Source: Escherichia phage vB_EcoM_LNA4. From it: a DNA stretch of 64,000 nucleotides. Under the pieces are notes generated by a model. It was not told where the DNA came from and searched no databases. It saw only the letters and a list, made by a program, of their open reading frames with translations. This document shows positions 54,849 through 63,142 of the stretch, one piece after another. The stretch is from sequence record MZ311864.1; one strand, 5' to 3'. Every line of letters begins with the position of its first letter. Position 1 is the first letter of the stretch. The position numbers and the translations under genes were made by a program.

Positions 54849-55894
54849 TACAGAGGACTCTCGTTCAGCTTCTGCATGTACCAACCACGAGATTTGTTGC
54901 TGATGAACTTCGCAACATCCTTCATGGTCAGGGAGTTAGCTTCCAGAACATCGCCTTCTTCCTTGTTGATGTCACGGCTAACCCAGGCAATGAACTCACC
55001 GATCTTAGATTGGTCGAGACCAACTTCACCAAGAGCCTGCTCAAGGCGGTTCTCAGTCACAGCGTACTCAACGAACTCACGCATGTTCTGGAGCCGTACC
55101 GGGTCAACCTCTGCCAGGGTTTTAACCTTGGATACAGAGTGCTTCTCACCCTTCACTTTGAACCACAGGCCGGAGTCTTTAGCCAGTTCTGGTTGCAGCG
55201 GGGACCAAACGATACCCTCACCTACACCCTCAACACCAAAGTGTTTACCAACCGGGCAGGATGCTTCCACCTGCATCGTCAGGGTTGTCAGATCGTTCTG
55301 TACCTGCTCAGGTTCATTGAACGGAATATTCACGGACCAGAAACCAAAGTCAAGAACACTGAAGATCCGCTCTTGTGGCAGGCCAATGCCGTACTGGAAG
55401 TTTGGTGGCATCCAGTTCAGGGCGTTGCCCTCTTCATTGCGACCAACAGCAACACGGAAGATCGTGAAGAAAGGTTCAACCTCACTTACAGCCACACCTT
55501 TCTGGATACCACGACCAGCCCACTCACCAGCGATCTCAACCGGGAAGGAGAACGGTGTGCCGTTGCATTCGCATAGGTATTTAACCTGCTCCAGAAGTTC
55601 TTTGGTATCTTTACGCACCATGAACGCAGCAAAGCCGTTGTTGTCGTCACCGACTTGGACGATACGTTCTTTGGACTGGAAAACAACCTCATCTTCAGAG
55701 TGGAAGACAATGCTGCCATTGGTCCCGTGGATCTTAACCGTACCAATGTACGGGATCAGGTACTGATCCGGCGCAACAACCTTACGCTTGATGTTACCAT
55801 TCTCATCAATCCCGTCAAAGGTCAGACGATCATGGATTGCCTTAATCACTTGGCGGAACTGGTGAGTGCTTGGGTATTTAATAGGTTTAGTCAA
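54848..55894 (-). CDS. ATP-dependent RNA ligase, Rnl2 family
   Basis: Motif I KIHGTN, motif FGEWAGRGIQKGV, motif V WFKVKGEKH; TTG start at 55894 with AAGGAG RBS 7 nt upstream. Confidence 0.75.
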   Translation of the reverse strand: MTKPIKYPSTHQFRQVIKAIHDRLTFDGIDENGNIKRKVVAPDQYLIPYIGTVKIHGTNGSIVFHSEDEVVFQSKERIVQVGDDNNGFAAFMVRKDTKELLEQVKYLCECNGTPFSFPVEIAGEWAGRGIQKGVAVSEVEPFFTIFRVAVGRNEEGNALNWMPPNFQYGIGLPQERIFSVLDFGFWSVNIPFNEPEQVQNDLTTLTMQVEASCPVGKHFGVEGVGEGIVWSPLQPELAKDSGLWFKVKGEKHSVSKVKTLAEVDPVRLQNMREFVEYAVTENRLEQALGEVGLDQSKIGEFIAWVSRDINKEEGDVLEANSLTMKDVAKFISNKSRGWYMQKLNESPL

Positions 55895-56276
55895 CTTTAG
55901 ACTCCTTTTTAGGTGCAATCGCTTGTGTGATCAGGTTGTCGATGTCGTCAACCCACTCTGGGGTGCGTAGGAACAGCATCAGATTCATTGTCTGAAGCAA
56001 ATACGCACTGTTTTGTGTGATCGCATAGATATCGTAACCATCTACCAGCAGTCGTTCAACTGTCGATGTACGGATGGGCTTATTATCAAAGCCACGGCCT
56101 TGATGATCACGACCATCTAAAAAACCACAAATACAACGAGGCCAGACCTCTACGTGGGGACGGGCATTAACCACCACCCCAGCAAAGAGCTTACCACCGA
56201 TGAATTTTGGTTCAGGAACAGTCTGTGCCAGACGAATTGGATCACCAACACCAACCTCAGATTTACTCATTGTCAT
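55887..56276 (-). CDS. hypothetical protein
   Basis: ATG at 56276 with GAGGGG RBS. Confidence 0.4.
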   Translation of the reverse strand: MTMSKSEVGVGDPIRLAQTVPEPKFIGGKLFAGVVVNARPHVEVWPRCICGFLDGRDHQGRGFDNKPIRTSTVERLLVDGYDIYAITQNSAYLLQTMNLMLFLRTPEWVDDIDNLITQAIAPKKESKVD

Positions 56277-56535
56277 TACTTTTCCCCTCAAATATGTATC
56301 GTACAAGAAGTTCACTAATCTGAACTATGACATAACGCGTTTGTTCATCGAACTTAACCTTCACCGGGCGATCCCCGTTATTCGGATCATAGACAGTCTT
56401 GGAGCAAAGATTCCATGCGTTCTTAGCCGCCCCGGTGGTGACCCACCCAATCTTTGTACCGTTCGAGTTCCAAAGCTTACCCTCTTGAGTATCGTATATG
56501 ACGAATACTGAGTCAAGGTGTTTTTTAGACTTCAT
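56263..56535 (-). CDS. small protein, paralog A of tandem pair
   Basis: Shares ...G.AK.A......KF.EQTR..IV... pattern with adjacent ORF. Confidence 0.4.
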   Translation of the reverse strand: MKSKKHLDSVFVIYDTQEGKLWNSNGTKIGWVTTGAAKNAWNLCSKTVYDPNNGDRPVKVKFDEQTRYVIVQISELLVRYIFEGKSNDNE

Positions 56536-56767
56536 GAGCAACAATTCCGTCTGGTGTGATCGCCACCCGGACAATCTTAAAGCGTGTTTGCTCACCGAAC
56601 TTACAGCGAAGCGGATTCTTCGCACTGGAAGAAAATGCGGTCTTAGCAATCCCAGAGGATGAATATGCTACACGGTTCATACCAGAGAACCAGAAAGAGT
56701 TGCTTTCAGTATCAAGAATAGCAAATAGCTCTTTCTGTTGCTCTGCGGATTTATGCTTGTAGTACAT
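56525..56767 (-). CDS. small protein, paralog B of tandem pair
   Basis: 80 aa; similar to paralog A. Confidence 0.4.
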   Translation of the reverse strand: MYYKHKSAEQQKELFAILDTESNSFWFSGMNRVAYSSSGIAKTAFSSSAKNPLRCKFGEQTRFKIVRVAITPDGIVAHEV

Positions 56768-56967
56768 TATTCCTCCAGTTTCCAGCCGCGTTTATTAAGC
56801 CACTCGTCGATTTGAATCCCGTTGCCATCACCACTTGGCTTCTCAGCACCAAGCAATAACACAACAAAACTCTGTCCACGAGGGGCTGTATATGAGAACA
56901 CTGTGTTCCCAACATGAAGATCGATCTTTTTGGTATGTGCAACCATACCGTCTTTTAGTTCAATCAT
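56767..56967 (-). CDS. hypothetical small protein
   Basis: ATG at 56967 overlaps upstream stop (ATGA). Confidence 0.35.
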   Translation of the reverse strand: MIELKDGMVAHTKKIDLHVGNTVFSYTAPRGQSFVVLLLGAEKPSGDGNGIQIDEWLNKRGWKLEE

Positions 56968-57149
56968 TTCCAGTTCCCATTGAAAAGCCGCAGCACCAAG
57001 AGGTTCATGAAGTACAGGGGCCAAAGCAGGCCCATGAACACACCACCAAGAAGATCCATAGTGTCTAATCTCCAGAATTGCTGCGCTCTTTTCATGAAGA
57101 TATAAAACCCTACAAATGCGAACAGAAGATAGGTAATCCCAACCATCAC
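56964..57149 (-). CDS. small membrane protein
   Basis: 61 aa, two hydrophobic helices. Confidence 0.35.
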   Translation of the reverse strand: MMVGITYLLFAFVGFYIFMKRAQQFWRLDTMDLLGGVFMGLLWPLYFMNLLVLRLFNGNWK

Positions 57150-57637
57150 TTTTTCTCCGGAAGGATATAAACTGTTACATCACAATCCCAGAAAACAGAT
57201 TTGATCATCGCTTCAATGACGTTCCAGTCACCACCTGCAAGACCAGCACCGATTTTCGGGAAGCCGATTTTGTAGTCAGCCATAGAGCCGTCTGTAAAGC
57301 TCTGTAAGGCCTTCTTCATCTGATCCAACGAATCATACAGGGCATTGTAATCGAGGTCACGTAGGCCCTGTTTACGGCGATTATAACCATATTGCGAATA
57401 CAGATTAAATCCTGCGAGAGATCCGTCCTTCATGAAGGCCACAGTGAAGGTCCCAAGTTTGGCTTTATCACCTTTCTCGGTCTTCAGATCCGCAGCGTAC
57501 ATTTTAGGGAACGCTTCTTTGATCAGTGGAGCTATACCGCTACCCATTGTGCAATAACAATTGCAGCCATGCGCAAAAACATTAACCTCACCAGATTTCA
57601 CAGCCTCAATTAGGTCGCCTACTTTATACTTAAGCAT
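57146..57637 (-). CDS. macrodomain protein, TARG1/DarG-like ADP-ribosyl hydrolase family
   Basis: NVFAHGCNCYCTMGSGIAPLIKEAFP and KIGFPKIGAGLAGGDWNVIEAMIKSVF resemble TARG1-type macrodomain core motifs; GGAGGA RBS. Confidence 0.6.
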   Translation of the reverse strand: MLKYKVGDLIEAVKSGEVNVFAHGCNCYCTMGSGIAPLIKEAFPKMYAADLKTEKGDKAKLGTFTVAFMKDGSLAGFNLYSQYGYNRRKQGLRDLDYNALYDSLDQMKKALQSFTDGSMADYKIGFPKIGAGLAGGDWNVIEAMIKSVFWDCDVTVYILPEKK

Positions 57638-58140
57638 CAGTCCTCCACTATAATATCATGAATCGTTTTTACGTATGCTTGATAACATTCACTCGCTTCC
57701 TCAGCGGAGTCGAATGTTCCAAGGTGGATCTTACTATACACAGCATGGTATCTTAACCTAGTCCACCTTTTGTCTACGAATACACCACGGAATCCTGTTT
57801 GGTTCTTCTTTCCTCTGCTGTAATTGTAGACGTTTACAAACTTCTGGACATCCCTGAGGTTAGTAATACGATTGTTATCTTTTTGTCTGTCCTTGTGGTC
57901 AATAAAATAAGTGGGCCACACGCCGTAATAAAAAGCCCAGGCCACTCTGTGTGCCAAGAAGTAAAAACCTTTACCTTCAATCTTAACACCAAGCCTTACG
58001 TAACCGTCTTTTCTTTTTGTGCCTGCAACCTTTCCAAAATGACGACGAGCGAGAGGATTGATACACGTAAACAAACCTGTCTCAGGGTCATATGAGAAGG
58101 AAGATTTAAGCGCCTGTAATGCCTCTTCACTCTCCTTCAT
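57637..58140 (-). CDS. HNH endonuclease with AP2 domain
   Basis: LAHRVAWAFYYGVWPTYFIDHKDRQKDNNRITNL plus AP2-like GFRGVFVDKRWTRLRYHAVYSKIHLGTFDSAEEA. Confidence 0.75.
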   Translation of the reverse strand: MKESEEALQALKSSFSYDPETGLFTCINPLARRHFGKVAGTKRKDGYVRLGVKIEGKGFYFLAHRVAWAFYYGVWPTYFIDHKDRQKDNNRITNLRDVQKFVNVYNYSRGKKNQTGFRGVFVDKRWTRLRYHAVYSKIHLGTFDSAEEASECYQAYVKTIHDIIVED

Positions 58141-58358
58141 CAGTAATCCTCTTTCAGTATACTCATGATAGGCTCGATAAGATATTGAGCCTTAACCTTT
58201 TTATAACCACCAGGGTCAGGAACCTTCATTGTGATAACGTGATGTTCGCCAATGATCTCTATATCAAAGTCATCACATGAGAATGTTGCAACCCGCCCAA
58301 CAACTGTCAGGATTGATACCTGTTTTGGTCTTGAATCATCAAGAATCGTCATGCACAA
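58140..58358 (-). CDS. hypothetical small protein
   Basis: 72 aa ORF, start overlaps upstream stop. Confidence 0.4.
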   Translation of the reverse strand: MCMTILDDSRPKQVSILTVVGRVATFSCDDFDIEIIGEHHVITMKVPDPGGYKKVKAQYLIEPIMSILKEDY

Positions 58359-58579
58359 CTCCTTTCTATGAAAGCAGTCATGCTCTCACGAGCTTCTGCT
58401 TTGGTTTTAGCACAGACAACGAACACTCGATGCCCTTTATAGGTGTATCCTCCCATAACAATGTTGGCGGTGTCAAGCCACCAACGCTCGTTTAGTTCAG
58501 ATTTTGGGAATTTAAACTTAGCCATTAGCGATTGTACCATGCAACATGTGTGGCCCACTCTGGACGTGGTTTCCAGCAA
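58349..58579 (-). CDS. hypothetical small protein
   Basis: 76 aa ORF. Confidence 0.4.
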   Translation of the reverse strand: MLETTSRVGHTCCMVQSLMAKFKFPKSELNERWWLDTANIVMGGYTYKGHRVFVVCAKTKAEARESMTAFIERSCA

Positions 58580-58722
58580 CTTAGGTTCGACTCATACTTG
58601 TCGTTTTTGCACCAGTAACCGTCCCCATCGTCAGGGATGAATGCCCCGACCCTAACACAGTTTGTCCAGTCCTCCACGGACATAACATCAGCATAGTCCG
58701 GGATGGGTTTGAATTCTACCAT
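58525..58722 (-). CDS. hypothetical small Trp-rich protein
   Basis: 65 aa ORF. Confidence 0.35.
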   Translation of the reverse strand: MVEFKPIPDYADVMSVEDWTNCVRVGAFIPDDGDGYWCKNDKYESNLSCWKPRPEWATHVAWYNR

Positions 58723-59009
58723 AACTCCCCCTTCATTAAGACAATATGGTTGCGTTGAGCAAAGTCACGAACAAAGTGAACATACTCTTTGTCGTGTTCA
58801 GAAATCTTAGCCAGAATCGCCCCGGCAGATTCACCAGCAGTCCAAGAAGACTGGCAGAAACCACTGTCTTCTCGAATGTGACAGTTCTTTGCATCAGGAC
58901 CGTACTGGTCTTTCACGTAGTCGATATCGAGGGAGCCAAGACGAACAAGGCGATCATCGCCCTCTTTATCAACGATGTAAATATAACCGAAACCAGGTCT
59001 ACGACTCAT
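58716..59009 (-). CDS. hypothetical protein
   Basis: 97 aa ORF. Confidence 0.4.
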   Translation of the reverse strand: MSRRPGFGYIYIVDKEGDDRLVRLGSLDIDYVKDQYGPDAKNCHIREDSGFCQSSWTAGESAGAILAKISEHDKEYVHFVRDFAQRNHIVLMKGELW

Positions 59010-59154
59010 GCTTTGCTCTCCACGTAATATGGTAGGCGTCTGATCAGGTCTTCAGGAGCACCGTTCTCTGTCCAGGTAAGGCCCTGGTCACCAGACACAT
59101 AGCCTTTCCCGTTGACAAACTTGCGCCAGACATTGCGGAACTGGTTTTTGTAGA

Positions 59155-59376
59155 TCATTCGATCACGCTCCAGCCTTCATCCTGCCAGGATTCTCCACGA
59201 TACCAACCTGCCATAGGGCAACCGTCTTCTGCGTAGATACGACCACCAACCATTTCAAACCACTCATCACTGGTGAAATATTGGTTGCGTACACGCTTAC
59301 CTTCGCGCATGGCCTGCTGTGCTTCTTTCCAGGTTAATTTAGACACGGAATTGCCCCTTCTTGTTCTTGAAGCCAT
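59155..59376 (-). CDS. DUF2829-like small protein (possible Tad2-type sponge; tentative)
   Basis: 73 aa; pattern LTWKEAQQAMREGKRVRNQYF...GWYRGESWQDEGWSVIE recalled as resembling DUF2829. Confidence 0.35.
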   Translation of the reverse strand: MASRTRRGNSVSKLTWKEAQQAMREGKRVRNQYFTSDEWFEMVGGRIYAEDGCPMAGWYRGESWQDEGWSVIE

Positions 59377-59680
59377 TAGAGATCTTCTGACCAGCCAAGA
59401 ATTTCGGATTTGTCAGACGAGATTCAAAAGACTGACGGACCTTGTGTGCCAGCTTAGAGCAGTAATCCACATCGGACAGTGCTTCTTGGTTCGCTTTAAC
59501 ACGGATACGCTTCACACTCGGAACGATGGTCAGACCACCAAAGCCGTCAACGTAATAGAACTCGACCTCATAACCGTCAGTGGTCAGTTCGTTGAAGATT
59601 GGGAATGTCTGTTGCAGTGCCTCTTTATGTGCAAGAGACATCAGACGTTGTTGGTCGTTCAAAGTTTCAGTGATTTGCAT
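59339..59680 (-). CDS. hypothetical protein
   Basis: ATG at 59680 with GAGGA RBS. Confidence 0.4.
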   Translation of the reverse strand: MQITETLNDQQRLMSLAHKEALQQTFPIFNELTTDGYEVEFYYVDGFGGLTIVPSVKRIRVKANQEALSDVDYCSKLAHKVRQSFESRLTNPKFLAGQKISNGFKNKKGQFRV

Positions 59681-59738
59681 TGAGTTTATCCTCGTTTTGT
59701 TTGGTATGCACAAAGATTAACAGCCTCCGAAGAGGCTG

Positions 59739-60428
59739 TCAAATGTTTTTCGCAGGTTTTTTAGATGATCCTCGGTTGTAGGGTATTCCTCCCCACTCCA
59801 TGTTCTCAATTATATATCCATTGAAGCATGTCTCATCCCCACACTCGTGCTGTGTTTTTGTCAGGAATGTTATGTAATTTCGATCTTCTGTTACCATGTG
59901 TACACTGTACATTTCCCTGAACCTGTCACATCGCAAGATAGTTCCGGGGATGCTTACCTTATCCCTTGAAGGTTTGTAATAATTAGCCCGATCCTGGATA
60001 GACAGGTACGCACCAAGACAGGCGGCCTTCAGAGAGCAAGAGACCTTCAGATTATCAAAATCACCCCCGCTGATATACCACAGCAGGAGGGGTGGAGGAC
60101 AATCCTCAAACGCAACACCCGCCCATTCACCGAAGGGGAATATTCCCCTTTCGATAAAATTGAGGTGCCTGCGCTGTGTGTCTGTCTCCACATCAACATA
60201 ACTTCTTTTCTGCTTCAGGTCTATGCTTCTGTCGTAACTCTCCTCTCCCAACAAAGGTAAAGACCTTTTAAAGTAGTCTTCAGCAGCAAATTCAGGACTG
60301 TAGCTCTCCGAACCAAGGGAGATAACAGAGGCATAAGCCCATTCATCTCCACTGTTGATGCAGAGTTTAAGCTCATAAAACCCAAGCTCATGTTGTTGAC
60401 GATACAGAATCCAGCGATCTACAGACAC
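59739..60428 (-). CDS. hypothetical protein
   Basis: 229 aa ORF immediately downstream of AAA+ ATPase gene. Confidence 0.5.
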   Translation of the reverse strand: MSVDRWILYRQQHELGFYELKLCINSGDEWAYASVISLGSESYSPEFAAEDYFKRSLPLLGEESYDRSIDLKQKRSYVDVETDTQRRHLNFIERGIFPFGEWAGVAFEDCPPPLLLWYISGGDFDNLKVSCSLKAACLGAYLSIQDRANYYKPSRDKVSIPGTILRCDRFREMYSVHMVTEDRNYITFLTKTQHECGDETCFNGYIIENMEWGGIPYNRGSSKKPAKNI

Positions 60429-60437
60429 AAAGCCCCC

Positions 60438-61646
60438 TTAGTTCACGATTGCATCAACACCATCAGAGAAGTTCTTACGGTATTCTGTGATGATCTCCAT
60501 GACAACCGGGTATTTCTGGAGCAGTTTAGCAGGTAAACGCTCACGGTTCCCGGACATTAAGATCGCTTTACCGAAGGAGTTCTCCTGGATGAACGACATG
60601 AACACAGAACTAACGAAGTCGCGGTTGGATGCCGTATCATGCTGACCGAAGTTATCATACATATACTTCAGGAAGTTCGCAGCGAACGCGATTACCTCAT
60701 CGTCGGTATACTCTTTGTTCTGGATCGCCTTGCGTAACCAGATAGACCCCTGAGAGCCTAGAGTCCACAGGATATCCGAAGAGTCAGCACCCGTATGTTT
60801 GGTGAGTTTGCCACTCATAACATCTTGGATAGAGACCATTTTGGAGATACGGGTATGGTATTCCCACAGTTCGTTAGCCAGAGGCTTACCGATACTGCCC
60901 TGCAACGATGCCAGAGCCAGACGAGCAGACAACAGGCCAGCGTCATAATCGTACAGAATATCACTTGCCGTTACCCAGGTGCGTGGTGTGGCGTATGAAG
61001 GGGAGTTAATCTCCAGCATCTCTTCATAGTTCTCAATCTTACCTGGGTTTGCGCTCACAAAACCAACAACCGATGGATGGACATCGTTGTGCATGGCGTA
61101 GTCCTGCAACCAGACAGTCGTGTCGTAATCCAGTTCGACGAGGATCATACGGTTAGCTAGCGGAGCTTCCAGCATACTTACCGCAGTACCATCACCAGGG
61201 CGGTTGCCTGCACCTGCAAACACCGCACCTGCCGGGAATTTGTATGTACCGATCTTGTGATCAAGCATGATCTGATAGGCAACTTTCTGGAGATATGGTT
61301 CCGCGTGTAGCAATTCATCCAGGAATACAATACCCTTCCAGTTCGGGTCATCAGGCCAGAAGCTTGGAATAGCATACACAGTGCGTGTAATACCATTGTC
61401 GTCGGTTACGGGGATCTGCACCCCAACAACGTCAGACGGTTCTTTATCCGCAAGACGGAAGTCGATCAGGTTATCGTCGCGGTCACCAAACATCATGTTG
61501 GCTACCTGCTTCATTGCCTGGCTCTTGCCAAGACCTGCACCGCCAAACATCATCAGGGCGCGTCCACGACGCTGACAGAACTTCATCAGATCAGGCACAT
61601 CCCGAAGCGTGATACGGTTCTCGTCAAAAATGTTACGACTCGACAT
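60438..61646 (-). CDS. AAA+ ATPase (MoxR/AAA_5-like)
   Basis: Walker A MMFGGAGLGKSQ; Walker B IVFLDELLHA; ATG at 61646 with AAGGAG RBS. Confidence 0.6.
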   Translation of the reverse strand: MSSRNIFDENRITLRDVPDLMKFCQRRGRALMMFGGAGLGKSQAMKQVANMMFGDRDDNLIDFRLADKEPSDVVGVQIPVTDDNGITRTVYAIPSFWPDDPNWKGIVFLDELLHAEPYLQKVAYQIMLDHKIGTYKFPAGAVFAGAGNRPGDGTAVSMLEAPLANRMILVELDYDTTVWLQDYAMHNDVHPSVVGFVSANPGKIENYEEMLEINSPSYATPRTWVTASDILYDYDAGLLSARLALASLQGSIGKPLANELWEYHTRISKMVSIQDVMSGKLTKHTGADSSDILWTLGSQGSIWLRKAIQNKEYTDDEVIAFAANFLKYMYDNFGQHDTASNRDFVSSVFMSFIQENSFGKAILMSGNRERLPAKLLQKYPVVMEIITEYRKNFSDGVDAIVN

Positions 61647-61875
61647 TAGTTTGTCTCCTTTGTTCAAGATAGTTTTCGATTATCCCCTCTACATCTCCGG
61701 GGTCGATATCATTGTATAGGGTATGGATTCTCTCTGCAAGGTCTTTCGGCAATAACTTATCTGTTTGATGCACCCTACCAGCACCAAAAACCACATACCA
61801 TGCACGACGACTCAGGCGGTGCCGTTGACGAGGAACGTCCCTGTTAAAATCTAAAGGCTTCACTTCTCCACCCAT
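61633..61875 (-). CDS. hypothetical small protein
   Basis: 80 aa ORF. Confidence 0.35.
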   Translation of the reverse strand: MGGEVKPLDFNRDVPRQRHRLSRRAWYVVFGAGRVHQTDKLLPKDLAERIHTLYNDIDPGDVEGIIENYLEQRRQTNVES

Positions 61876-62231
61876 ACTCGATTCTCATCACACCAGTTGT
61901 AAAGATCTTTCATGATGTCGTTGAACTCCCGCATCGGTGTATAATGCCGGATCGGATCTGCATCATGCCCCTCTGCCTCACATTCCGCAATGGAAGCCTG
62001 CCACTCAAGATATGTAGGGACATCCCGGAAATAGATTATAATATCAACAAGGTCTGCATCACACTGAACGCTGTCGTAGCTTGCCTTGTTCGGGAATTTA
62101 AATTCCAGACGACGAGCAATCTCTTTCGCAAGCTCATGAACTGTTTTATCAGTCCAATCTTCAGGGCCACACTCGCCGTTTCGCTTTCTCCACACATCAT
62201 CAATGCGGAGGGTTTGTTTCCACTCAGCCAT
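61860..62231 (-). CDS. hypothetical protein
   Basis: 123 aa acidic ORF. Confidence 0.45.
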   Translation of the reverse strand: MAEWKQTLRIDDVWRKRNGECGPEDWTDKTVHELAKEIARRLEFKFPNKASYDSVQCDADLVDIIIYFRDVPTYLEWQASIAECEAEGHDADPIRHYTPMREFNDIMKDLYNWCDENRVWVEK

Positions 62232-62712
62232 TGGTTATTTTCCTCAATTCAAATTCGTCACCATACCCGATCATATGCCCTTTGGCAGTGATCACCTTTT
62301 CTCCGAACACGCTGCCAGTGCATTTACCAATGAAAACTTCCGGCATATCTTCCTCAGACAGGAGAATATCTACCTTGAACTTGCCTTGATAATGTCTAGC
62401 ATTGTAATGTGGCCCTTTATCATCTGTCTTGTGCCAGCATTTGCCGTTCCAGCGATATTTATTGTGCTTGTACCATGTATATGATACCCAGTTATCCTGC
62501 GCTATATGGTCCACCTGAACAGTAATCAGTCGTCCTGTGCTGCGAAGTAGATCGTCATATTGCTTTTCGTATAACTTCGCACGATTTTTCATATCGTTGT
62601 AATACTGTTGATAGCGATCCGCCCTGTTGACCATAACCTTGAGGATACTCTCGATTGGTGTGCCTTTCTCAAGATGTTCTTCATAAAGCTGTTTGCTTGA
62701 TTTGATATTCAT
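62224..62712 (-). CDS. hypothetical protein
   Basis: 162 aa; AAGGAG RBS. Confidence 0.5.
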   Translation of the reverse strand: MNIKSSKQLYEEHLEKGTPIESILKVMVNRADRYQQYYNDMKNRAKLYEKQYDDLLRSTGRLITVQVDHIAQDNWVSYTWYKHNKYRWNGKCWHKTDDKGPHYNARHYQGKFKVDILLSEEDMPEVFIGKCTGSVFGEKVITAKGHMIGYGDEFELRKITNG

Positions 62713-62921
62713 TTAAGCTCCTTAATGGATTCCAGGTCAAGGTAGTCATCACCACCCACCACTTTCCCGTCAGTTTTGCGATACTTTACGACTTTTCCGG
62801 TCTCTGAATGCTGGTAAGACATCCAGTAACGAGGCGTTTCGCGAAGTTTCTCAGTCCACGCCCAGCCGAGGCGGGGTTTTTTGACTGTACCTTTGTGGGT
62901 GTAACCTTGATTTCTGGACAT
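62709..62921 (-). CDS. hypothetical small basic protein
   Basis: 70 aa; AGGAG RBS; stop overlaps downstream start (ATGA). Confidence 0.45.
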   Translation of the reverse strand: MSRNQGYTHKGTVKKPRLGWAWTEKLRETPRYWMSYQHSETGKVVKYRKTDGKVVGGDDYLDLESIKELK

Positions 62922-63142
62922 TCTTTGCTCCTGTATAGAGTCACTTTGTAAAGATTCTGATCGTAAATCAAAAAAGGCCTTGACACCGGACCGACAGACC
63001 TGTATCTACGATTCACCTGAATGTAGCCGCGCTCCTCCAACTTGAGAACGAGCTTACTTACTTTCCATGAAGGAATTCCCAGCAGGAACCCCATCTGTTT
63101 CTGAGTATACTTGTTTGTGCGGAGCAGTGTCAATAGATTCAT
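62786..63142 (-). CDS. putative HTH DNA-binding protein (3' extent uncertain)
   Basis: N-terminal helix-turn-helix-like segment LRTNKYTQKQMGFLLGIPSWKVSKLVLKLEERGYI; C-terminal half overlaps another ORF. Confidence 0.35.
   Translation of the reverse strand: MNLLTLLRTNKYTQKQMGFLLGIPSWKVSKLVLKLEERGYIQVNRRYRSVGPVSRPFLIYDQNLYKVTLYRSKECPEIKVTPTKVQSKNPASAGRGLRNFAKRLVTGCLTSIQRPEKS

Noticed and set aside
54824-55766. Plus-strand ORFs of 250 and 296 aa overlapping the RNA ligase gene
   Set aside because: Fully antisense to a motif-supported minus-strand gene; Ser/Arg/Thr-rich composition typical of non-coding frames.
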